From positions 1-57,321 of IMG/VR virus record IMGVR_UViG_3300038478_000018: a stretch of DNA of 57,321 nt; one strand, written 5' to 3'. The number at the start of each line of letters is the position of its first letter. Positions within the stretch are counted from its first letter, which is position 1. Shown here piece by piece: positions 9,148 to 16,090 of the stretch. The translations under genes were made by a program, and so were the position numbers. This stretch comes from a virus (lineage: Duplodnaviria; Caudoviricetes). The notes beneath the pieces are model-generated. The model was given only the letters and a program-made list of their open reading frames with translations, was not told where the DNA came from and searched no databases.

Positions 9148-9968
9148 GCGGTCACGGGCGCGGGCTTACCCGCCGCCTTCTTGTGCTTGATGACGGGTTT
9201 GATCACCGTCTGCGGGGCTAGCACAGGCGATTGCTCGGGCATCACGGCCGCAACCGGCAGCGGGGTTTGAATGACTACGACAGGCACCGGGGCCGGAGCG
9301 GGCTGCGTCCATATGGATTCGCACGTCTGCCCCGAATCTTTTAACGCCTGGGCCAAGCCTTTATCATTAGCAATACGATAATGACAGCCGGCCAGAGGAC
9401 TAATCTGATCGGCCAAGTGCGCTTTTTTGATGAATTCGCAGTTTTTATCGCGCTTCGTATGCCCAAGTGATATACCAAATATACCGGTCTGCGCGCCAGC
9501 GGATTCAGAACCCAGGCAAGTATCGATGCCTGACGTAAGGGCGGGGGCATACGCTGTCGATACAGGGATACGCGATGACTCATAGTTCTGTGTAACCCCC
9601 TGCACATTACCCGTATCCTGCGCGCTAGCCGCACCGCCCGTGCCGCCTTCCGCGGTCTGGCTCTGCTTTTGCTGCTGAGACTGATTGCCGCCTGTCGCGG
9701 TCAAGGGGCCGATGTTGACGTTGCTTGTGCCGCCCACGCCTACCGCATTTGCGCTACCGCCCGTAGCTTTGCTTGTGCTATTCGAGCTGCTCGCACTCAC
9801 GGCGCCAGCGGATGAACTGCTCGTGGCCGTAGTCGCGGGTTTCGCATTGAGTGCCGCCGTAATTGTTGCGGCGCACACCGGGTTGCCGTATTCTGAGGGT
9901 AGGCTACAATCGCAAGCCATCACGCGGCTAGCCCCAAGGATCAAAGCTATCGCAATTCCAGTTTTCAT
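9132..9968 (-). CDS. Secreted or periplasmic Cys-containing protein
   Basis: Signal peptide; TAYAP..TCLGS..Q...FGISLG...DKNCE motif; Pro-rich tail. Confidence 0.7.
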   Translation of the reverse strand: MKTGIAIALILGASRVMACDCSLPSEYGNPVCAATITAALNAKPATTATSSSSAGAVSASSSNSTSKATGGSANAVGVGGTSNVNIGPLTATGGNQSQQQKQSQTAEGGTGGAASAQDTGNVQGVTQNYESSRIPVSTAYAPALTSGIDTCLGSESAGAQTGIFGISLGHTKRDKNCEFIKKAHLADQISPLAGCHYRIANDKGLAQALKDSGQTCESIWTQPAPAPVPVVVIQTPLPVAAVMPEQSPVLAPQTVIKPVIKHKKAAGKPAPVTACIQK

Positions 9969-10063
9969 TTACGTCAAGCCCCCAATTTTGGTAAAAAACG
10001 CCACCACAGTCAGCAACGACAGCAGGGGGTAGAGCCAGTTATTCAAGAATTTGTCGCTCATCT

Positions 10064-10960
10064 TTAATCTCCAGGTTGATTTAACGCGGAGAAATTGTCC
10101 GCTTTCCACGGGCGGATTGCAAGAGACTTAGCTCTCACTTTTTGCACTTTGTCGAAAAGCTCTTGGCTGATAATCGCCAATTCGGGCGCCTGCCTCACCG
10201 ATAGTGGTTCTGGGCGCCGTATACGCACCCTACGGGCGCTGTCGCGGGCGGAGCTACGGACCTCGTTCGCCCCATAGATCACCTCGCCCAGATACCTTCT
10301 ATTGCGCAGGATCGCCCTTATGGTCGAATCCGCCCACGCCCCGCCGCGAGGGGCCGGCACCCCGGCCCGGTTTAGGTGCGCTGCAATATAGTTAGCTGGC
10401 TTACCAGCGGCCGCCCAGCTGAAGATATCCCGTATAATCGTCGCCTGAGCCACGGAGACGCTCCAGGAGCCGTCCGGGTTACGGGAGTACCCAAAGCAGC
10501 GGCCCCCCGTCGATAAACCGGCCAGGGCCTTGCCTTCAAGGCCGCGGCGGGTCTTATGGGAGATATCCTTGCGCAGGGCCTCCGCTACCGCGTTTTTGAT
10601 GCCGAGTATCAGTCCCCAGCCGTTGCGGCGAGTGTCATCACCCACCGCGGTTATCAGATGTATTCCGATATCTTCGAGCTCGGCGGATCTTGATCCGAAT
10701 TCGCTTCGGCTGCGCCATAGGCGGCTAATGTCCTCAACCACAATTATATCGAATAACTTAGCGCGTGCCGTGGTCAGGAGCGCCTGGTAGCCGGGTCGCT
10801 GATCGGTGCCGCCGCTGATACCCCGGTCCTCAAAGCGGGTCACCAGCTCAAAGCCCTCAGCATCCACGATACGCTGACAGATGCGCATCTGGTCCTCGAT
10901 ACTGGCGTCACGCTGGTTTTCCGTAGAGTACCGGGCGTATATGACGGCACGCAGTTTCAT
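10064..10960 (-). CDS. Serine recombinase (catalytic and recombinase domains; no zinc ribbon or coiled coil)
   Basis: IYARYST catalytic Ser, EDISRLWR, W..STIRAILRNRRYLG, AIISQELFDKVQ. Confidence 0.92.
   Translation of the reverse strand: MKLRAVIYARYSTENQRDASIEDQMRICQRIVDAEGFELVTRFEDRGISGGTDQRPGYQALLTTARAKLFDIIVVEDISRLWRSRSEFGSRSAELEDIGIHLITAVGDDTRRNGWGLILGIKNAVAEALRKDISHKTRRGLEGKALAGLSTGGRCFGYSRNPDGSWSVSVAQATIIRDIFSWAAAGKPANYIAAHLNRAGVPAPRGGAWADSTIRAILRNRRYLGEVIYGANEVRSSARDSARRVRIRRPEPLSVRQAPELAIISQELFDKVQKVRAKSLAIRPWKADNFSALNQPGD
10094..10122 (-). promoter_or_regulatory. Sigma70-like leftward promoter in the 3' end of the recombinase gene
   Basis: TTGCAA-17-GACAAT, GCG before the -10. Confidence 0.5.
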
Positions 10961-10994
10961 TGCCTTTCATCCTCGCCGCTGCATTTTAGACACT

Positions 10995-11189
10995 TCATGG
11001 CTTCTCTACGGCATCAACAGTAGATGCTTCGTCGCCGTACACCTTTGCCTGCGTGAAGGTGAACCGCCCGTAATAGCGGGAGCGCATATTCTGCTGCTGG
11101 CAATAGGCACGTGCCCCAGCCTCGGTGGCGTAAAGGCGATCAAATTCGGGTTGGCCATCGATTCGGCACCACACAATAAAAACGTTCAT
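10995..11189 (-). CDS. Small hypothetical protein
   Basis: GAGG SD, ATGA coupling. Confidence 0.65.
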   Translation of the reverse strand: MNVFIVWCRIDGQPEFDRLYATEAGARAYCQQQNMRSRYYGRFTFTQAKVYGDEASTVDAVEKP

Positions 11190-11338
11190 GACTTCGCCTC
11201 TCCGTTTTCCACATCCGCCACTTTCAAGTCAAACTTAGCCTTGCACTCAAGCGTCACATGCTCGATTAGCGTGCCGGGCTCGGTCACTTCGAACTTAGTG
11301 GTCACGGTACAGCCTTGGCGCGTCTGTTGGATATTCAT
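11186..11338 (-). CDS. 50-aa hypothetical protein
   Basis: Hand translation MNIQQTRQGC...GEAKS; coupled at both ends. Confidence 0.55.
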   Translation of the reverse strand: MNIQQTRQGCTVTTKFEVTEPGTLIEHVTLECKAKFDLKVADVENGEAKS

Positions 11339-11535
11339 TCGGCTTGCCTCTGACACCACATAGGGCGTTCTAGATTATCGGCGCCGGGCGCTTCCTTGGA
11401 GGCGGGCTCGTGCCGTGTATCGCGGAACGCGTCCGTTATGCGAATGCGCGCCGTGTCAGTAAGGCCGATGCTCGCGGTAGTTTCGCTGCGCGGAGCGCGG
11501 CGGTTGATCTCTGCTAAAATGTACTTGTTGCTCAT
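11335..11535 (-). CDS. Small hypothetical protein
   Basis: ATGA coupling. Confidence 0.5.
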   Translation of the reverse strand: MSNKYILAEINRRAPRSETTASIGLTDTARIRITDAFRDTRHEPASKEAPGADNLERPMWCQRQAE

Positions 11536-11750
11536 AGTAGGTCGGTATTATCCGCGCCCTGTGGCGCCTTGTCAATGCCGCGCTCTACCATATTCGTGAG
11601 CAAGTTCACAAAATTGTCAATCTCGCACTCTAGTTGCTTGGGTAACGTCCGAGGCCGGCTCACGCCTACAGCACCGATAATAGCGCGCATCGCGGGTAGC
11701 GATAAGTCAACGATCAACTCGCGCTGCGTCAATATCTTTTCAACTCTCAT
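11532..11750 (-). CDS. Small hypothetical protein (starts in a dyad site)
   Basis: MRVEKILTQ...; ATG 11750 lies at the edge of a 25-bp repeat. Confidence 0.65.
   Translation of the reverse strand: MRVEKILTQRELIVDLSLPAMRAIIGAVGVSRPRTLPKQLECEIDNFVNLLTNMVERGIDKAPQGADNTDLL
11547..11575 (-). promoter_or_regulatory. Sigma70-like leftward promoter
   Basis: TTGACA-17-GATAAT. Confidence 0.65.
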
Positions 11751-11964
11751 CGGGTTCTCTTTGAGGCACCGAATTGCGGCTACGAACGAAATAACCATCG
11801 TTGTAGGCGCACAGCAGTTCAGTGCACAAGATAAGGGCGCTTCGTTCACGCCACACTCGGAACAGCACTCGCGTGCCCGTGCCCGCACGGATCGCGTAGC
11901 GCAGCCCTTCGCGCTTCCAGCGATAACGCTCGTGTTCGCCTTCCGCTTCAACTGTTCGCATCAT
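11740..11964 (-). CDS. Cassette gene, hypothetical
   Basis: MMRTVEAEG...SVPQREPDES, bounded by 25-bp repeats. Confidence 0.65.
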   Translation of the reverse strand: MMRTVEAEGEHERYRWKREGLRYAIRAGTGTRVLFRVWRERSALILCTELLCAYNDGYFVRSRNSVPQREPDES

Positions 11965-12136
11965 CGACTCCCTTTTGAGGACTCGATTTAGGCGGCAGGT
12001 CGTTACGCATGCCAAACAGATATTTCAAACACTCCCGGTCGTACTCCGAAAGACCCATGACGCCGGACACACGGTGTAACGCCTCATCGACCTTAGCTTG
12101 CTTCTCCGGATCCGAAAGCTGGTAGATGGTGCTCAT
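11948..12136 (-). CDS. Cassette gene, hypothetical
   Basis: Ends SSPQKGVDDANS through a repeat. Confidence 0.65.
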   Translation of the reverse strand: MSTIYQLSDPEKQAKVDEALHRVSGVMGLSEYDRECLKYLFGMRNDLPPKSSPQKGVDDANS

Positions 12137-12396
12137 TCTTCGACTCCCTTTTGAGGCACCGATTTGATCGCCTTTCGCAACTGGCCTATTACTTCATCGC
12201 GCCGCCAGCGCGGCAGACGGATCAGTTCTCGGTAGGCGCTGACAATGGAGGCGGCAAGGAATCTATCTTTCACGAGTTGCTCGGGATTGGCGTAGCGCAA
12301 GCGCCATTCAAGGCTGGTCTCGGCCTCATCCATAGGCGTGGGCCATGTGCCGCCCTCGGTCATCACAGCATATTTGCCACCGGCTAACACTTTCAT
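12133..12396 (-). CDS. Cassette gene, hypothetical
   Basis: Ends SVPQKGVEE through a repeat. Confidence 0.7.
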   Translation of the reverse strand: MKVLAGGKYAVMTEGGTWPTPMDEAETSLEWRLRYANPEQLVKDRFLAASIVSAYRELIRLPRWRRDEVIGQLRKAIKSVPQKGVEE

Positions 12397-12605
12397 TGAT
12401 CGAGTCCTTTTTGGGGCACCAAGTTACCGTCGTCATCGTGGAATTCCCACCATAGATCGCACAAGCGCCCAGTGGCCTCGGCGGGCCATCCGTTTTCGCG
12501 GCACCATCTAAGCCATTCAGCGCATTTGCGTGCCGCGTTTGATGTGGGGTTGCGGCCATCCTGCCATCCGTCATTAGGTGCACCCGGCCATGCTAGTTCA
12601 CTCAT
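12393..12605 (-). CDS. Cassette gene, Trp-rich hypothetical
   Basis: MSELAWPG...LVPQKGLDQ; in-frame upstream ATG at 12683 is also possible. Confidence 0.65.
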   Translation of the reverse strand: MSELAWPGAPNDGWQDGRNPTSNAARKCAEWLRWCRENGWPAEATGRLCDLWWEFHDDDGNLVPQKGLDQ

Positions 12606-12706
12606 TATCGTTGCTTCCCTTGGGAACCGATTTCCTGTCCTCACACTTCGCTGTGTAGGCTGCATTGCGCGCAGCTTATCCATGATCGAGTCCTTTCTGA
12701 GGCGTA

Positions 12707-12985
12707 TCAGTTTGCACGTTGGTCTCCTGTATCCATTGCCGCCTCACCTAGCGTCTGCGCGCCTACCGAGCTCATATCGCCGCCCGCGGCGTTAATGAGC
12801 TGCGCGGCGGCGGCCCTGAGCGCGTTCACAAGTTCCGATGCCATCACGTTCGCCCGTGCGGCCACGGTCACGGCGTACAGGTGCCCGTCCGATTTGAAGG
12901 CTAGCGTGATCGCGTCCGTGCCTTCCTTCTCGTCATGGTCGGTGCGTACATCGATACACCGCCAGACGGACTTAGTTTCGGTCAT
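12707..12985 (-). CDS. Hypothetical protein
   Basis: GGAGG SD, ATGA coupling. Confidence 0.65.
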   Translation of the reverse strand: MTETKSVWRCIDVRTDHDEKEGTDAITLAFKSDGHLYAVTVAARANVMASELVNALRAAAAQLINAAGGDMSSVGAQTLGEAAMDTGDQRAN

Positions 12986-13263
12986 GCCGCCTCCGCTCGC
13001 TTCGCATAGTATCCATGTCGGGCCTCAACGAGTGCTTGGTGATTGGAGACACACCGCGGCGCGCCATTCTGTCGCAACGCTGTCGCCATCTTATCCGCCG
13101 TCCGCGCCGCCCGTTTCGCGGCGTTGATACCTAGCTTCATGGGCCCTTTGCTAGAATCCCAGATCAGGCGCGCTTTGGTGCTGATGCGGGGGGCGCGGTA
13201 CTCGAGCCAAATATCGCGGTCAGGGTAATCCTGGCCGGGAAACCAGTTTTGCGAGGGGGTCAT
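12982..13263 (-). CDS. Hypothetical protein
   Basis: Coupled ORF. Confidence 0.6.
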   Translation of the reverse strand: MTPSQNWFPGQDYPDRDIWLEYRAPRISTKARLIWDSSKGPMKLGINAAKRAARTADKMATALRQNGAPRCVSNHQALVEARHGYYAKRAEAA

Positions 13264-13865
13264 TTTTTAGGCGCCTTAACGCATACTTTAGCCATCACGA
13301 GCGCCGCCGCATACTGTTTAGCGTACAGACTCCTAGCGCCGTGGGTTTTCTTGACCGCCTTGATCAACTCAGCGCGCGTACCGCTAAAGCAGCCGGTAGT
13401 GTAACGCACCGATATCTTAGCGTCCGCATGAACGGTCAGAAAACTGTTCCGCGACCCTATCGGGCCAACCAAGAGAGAATCAACATTGCCGCAGACCCGG
13501 GCATTGCCGCAGACCCGGGCATTGCCGCAGACCCCGGCATTGCCGTAGACCCAGGCATTGCCGTAGACCCAGGCATTGCCGCAGACCTGGGCATCGCCGA
13601 AGACCCGGGCATTGCCGAAGACCCGGGCATTGCCGAAGACCCAGGCATCGCCGTAGACCTGGGCATTGCCGTAGACCCGGGCATTGCCGCAGACCCCGGC
13701 ATTGCCGCAGACCCAGGCATCGCCGTCTTGAGATAGATTCTTGGCGTCGGCTATCCATCCGCCCACGGCGCCGATAGCGACCGCACCAAACGCGGTCACG
13801 GCACGTATGCGCCAAAGCTTAATGCCTAGTTCAACTTTACTCTCGCCGGTGAATTCGTATTTCAC
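13260..13865 (-). CDS. Hexapeptide-repeat (left-handed beta-helix-like) phage protein
   Basis: MKYEFTGE...RIRA...GGWI N-terminus, G[ND]AxV[CYF] x13, GCFSGT C-terminus. Confidence 0.85.
   Translation of the reverse strand: MKYEFTGESKVELGIKLWRIRAVTAFGAVAIGAVGGWIADAKNLSQDGDAWVCGNAGVCGNARVYGNAQVYGDAWVFGNARVFGNARVFGDAQVCGNAWVYGNAWVYGNAGVCGNARVCGNARVCGNVDSLLVGPIGSRNSFLTVHADAKISVRYTTGCFSGTRAELIKAVKKTHGARSLYAKQYAAALVMAKVCVKAPKK
13485..13724 (-). repeat. 13 tandem 18-bp repeats
   Basis: GGCRATGCCNRGGTCTNC units. Confidence 0.92.
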
Positions 13866-14017
13866 GCTGCCTCCGCATAGTATATCTTCCCATCAAGCCC
13901 CAGTTCAAAGGCGCGGCCGGTCCGTAAATACTCGTTCAGAATCTCGCGCTCGGCTTTATCCACCAAGAATGAGCTGGCCAAATTCTGCACCATTCGCCGC
14001 ATGTCTTCGTTGCTCAT
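13862..14017 (-). CDS. 51-aa hypothetical protein
   Basis: Hand translation MSNEDMRR...YYAEAA; GAGG SD. Confidence 0.55.
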   Translation of the reverse strand: MSNEDMRRMVQNLASSFLVDKAEREILNEYLRTGRAFELGLDGKIYYAEAA

Positions 14018-14235
14018 ATAAACCTCTGCGTGATGCGCTCAAACTTAAAGCAAGCTGCCTGTACGCGATAACGCCAACCCCGGTAAAATAACGTTGGGCG
14101 CACGCTGCCATCCTTGCGAATCTTGTGGAACTGAATTCCGCATAATGCTTGGATACCGTGGCTAACCCAGGTGCTAGGACGAAACTCATACTTTAGGCGT
14201 AACGCGCCGTCACCGTGAACCGCTAAGACACTCAT
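14014..14235 (-). CDS. Hypothetical protein
   Basis: GAGG SD; first ORF after a promoter. Confidence 0.55.
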   Translation of the reverse strand: MSVLAVHGDGALRLKYEFRPSTWVSHGIQALCGIQFHKIRKDGSVRPTLFYRGWRYRVQAACFKFERITQRFI

Positions 14236-14267
14236 GTTTCTGACCCTCAGTTACCTAACGCGAGCCA

Positions 14268-14296
14268 ACTATACGCCCCAACGCGCGCCGAAACAA
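14268..14296 (-). promoter_or_regulatory. Sigma70-like leftward promoter with upstream TGTGA half-site
   Basis: TTGTTT-17-TATAGT; TGTGA at 14309-14305. Confidence 0.55.
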
Positions 14297-14321
14297 GACC
14301 CGCGTCACAGTTTCCGCCAAT

Positions 14322-14675
14322 TTACTTAAGAGGCGAAGCATCGGCAGGCGCCGAAACAGTAGCAGGACTCGGAGCAGGCGCCGTTGTCGCAGGTGTTTCG
14401 ACAATAGCAGGCGAGACAGCGGAATCGCGGCCCGTCTCTATCTTCGCGATCTGCGCTTTGAGTTCCTTCTCTATCCGCGCCTGCTCCGCCGCCAGATGCG
14501 CCTTGATCCGTTCCCATACGCCCTCCGCCGCTTTGTAGAGATTGTAGCGCCCGATCAACGCAACTTGGTGCGGATTATCGGTTTGGTTAACAGAATTACC
14601 GGGGTTCGGCTCCATCTCAAACGCCTGCTTGATCGCACCCGCGATCAGCTGCACTTCTTTGGAAATTATGTTCAT
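14322..14675 (-). CDS. Hypothetical coiled-coil protein
   Basis: AGGAG SD, coupling. Confidence 0.65.
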   Translation of the reverse strand: MNIISKEVQLIAGAIKQAFEMEPNPGNSVNQTDNPHQVALIGRYNLYKAAEGVWERIKAHLAAEQARIEKELKAQIAKIETGRDSAVSPAIVETPATTAPAPSPATVSAPADASPLK

Positions 14676-15442
14676 TTTGCATTGACTCCTGTGAATTCTA
14701 ATGTCCCGGCCCTAAGCCGTTTGGCTATATCAATCTTTCGCTCTTCCGTATCCCATATCGCCTTCTGTACTTCGGCGTCCGCGGGCGTTGTCACCTTACG
14801 CTTGTACCTGATCGGCATATACGCGTAAAACCACATACATCTAAAGCACGGGGGGCAGTCCTTCGTGCCTCTAGGCGGCAGGGAAAGCTTCGCCAATTCC
14901 CGATCTATACGTACCGGCTTCTTATCTTTCGTCAAGCTATCCGATTCGCGCGCCACCGTTCGCAATACCTTTTGGCGCTCGAAGCTATCGGGCATTAAGT
15001 ACTTAAGCTTCGTTAACTTGCGCTTCAATGACGGCGTAGGCTCCCCTGTACCGTTTACTATGCCGGGCACTTGCGCGCGCTCATCGGGCGTCAAGAGCCG
15101 CATCAGCTCCTCGACGGCGCTTTTAGCTTCCGCGGCTTGGGCTACCGGATCGGGTAAGTGTTTCGACATCATCTCGTTGAACTCCTGCGCGCTCATCATC
15201 GGATCTTGCTTTTGCTTTGACCCCTGTTTATACAATCGGCGCCTTGCGTCCCGAAGCGCCATGTCGAACCACTCCTCCAGCGTATACGACGGGTCGTATT
15301 TAGCTCTATGCTCCCAGCACCAAGCGAGCGCCGTTGCGATTACATCGTCCCGATTAGGCCCGTGAAGTCCGCGCAAGTGCCATGTGCCGCGCTTCGAGGC
15401 GCGCGCCAAGGATAAAACGAAGCTTTCAACAGGGTTCGTCAT
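14672..15442 (-). CDS. ECF sigma-factor-like protein (region 2-like)
   Basis: RDDVIATALAWCWEHRAKYDPSYTLEEWFDMALRDARR resembles ECF region 2; LLTPDERAQV resembles the start of region 4; start uncertain (15442 or 15505). Confidence 0.55.
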   Translation of the reverse strand: MTNPVESFVLSLARASKRGTWHLRGLHGPNRDDVIATALAWCWEHRAKYDPSYTLEEWFDMALRDARRRLYKQGSKQKQDPMMSAQEFNEMMSKHLPDPVAQAAEAKSAVEELMRLLTPDERAQVPGIVNGTGEPTPSLKRKLTKLKYLMPDSFERQKVLRTVARESDSLTKDKKPVRIDRELAKLSLPPRGTKDCPPCFRCMWFYAYMPIRYKRKVTTPADAEVQKAIWDTEERKIDIAKRLRAGTLEFTGVNAK

Positions 15443-15542
15443 TGCGTATAGTAGACCATCGCAAGAAGTATGAGTGCAAGGGAGAATACAAGAAGCTGCA
15501 CACAACCTAGTATGTGCTTACGAAATACTTCGTCCTCATCCT

Positions 15543-15845
15543 TCATACTTTACGGCCGAGATCGATATCGGATCGCGCGTGCAAGATGCCGGCGCTCACT
15601 ATCGCTTTGAACTCCTCCGGTATCTTACCCTCCATGTCATCGCAGGCTTTCGAGAATACGCGGCACATTTCCCATAATGCATTCGACACTAGATGGCTGT
15701 TGAAGGCTTCACACACCAAACGCCTGATATCCTGCGAGCCATCGCCCGAGAACTTGAAGTTCTTGAGTCCTATATCGCGCACATGAATCTGCACCAGCTG
15801 GCTCGTAGCATCGCCGATGAGATTGGGTTTCGGGGTGTCGGTCAT
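15543..15845 (-). CDS. Hypothetical protein
   Basis: Coupled ORF. Confidence 0.6.
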   Translation of the reverse strand: MTDTPKPNLIGDATSQLVQIHVRDIGLKNFKFSGDGSQDIRRLVCEAFNSHLVSNALWEMCRVFSKACDDMEGKIPEEFKAIVSAGILHARSDIDLGRKV

Positions 15846-16090
15846 TTCGCGAACGCCAAGGGGTACACAGCAACAAGATAGGAGCGCAGCTCCTCAACGG
15901 TTTTGCTGCGCCACTCCGAGGCCAAGGAAAAGTTAAAATTAGTGCCGTTAGCATCGGTCATACGAGCCTCAATACCCCCTGTGTGCGTGTCACAGTACAC
16001 TTCGCACGAGGCTACGGTGTGGCCAGCCTCTACCGCTAGTTGACGTGCCAGCACCCCCGCGCGCGCTGCGGTTACTAGTTTATCACTCAT
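15842..16090 (-). CDS. Hypothetical protein
   Basis: GGAG SD, coupled to primase stop. Confidence 0.6.
   Translation of the reverse strand: MSDKLVTAARAGVLARQLAVEAGHTVASCEVYCDTHTGGIEARMTDANGTNFNFSLASEWRSKTVEELRSYLVAVYPLAFAK

Larger units (their letters stand above)
11749..12709 (-). repeat. Six 25-bp imperfect dyad repeats at gene junctions (11749, 11963, 12139, 12399, 12607, 12685)
   Basis: Ungapped alignment, consensus ATCG-NNN-CCTCAAAARGGASTCGAT on the minus strand. Confidence 0.85.

Noticed and set aside
11361-11575. Shared GADN tails as further cassette sites
   Set aside because: They lack the ATCG-N17-CGAT dyad; the 11547 copy is better explained as a promoter
11749-12709. CRISPR array
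   Set aside because: Repeats are degenerate and the intervals are 50-240 bp, mostly protein-coding genes
13341-13815. Alternative-frame ORFs over the 18-bp repeats (and 19451-19981 over the Ala tract)
   Set aside because: Shadow ORFs created by stop-free tandem repeats
8905-13870. Several proteins ending in EAA
   Set aside because: Expected from a GGAGG SD plus overlapping stop and start codons
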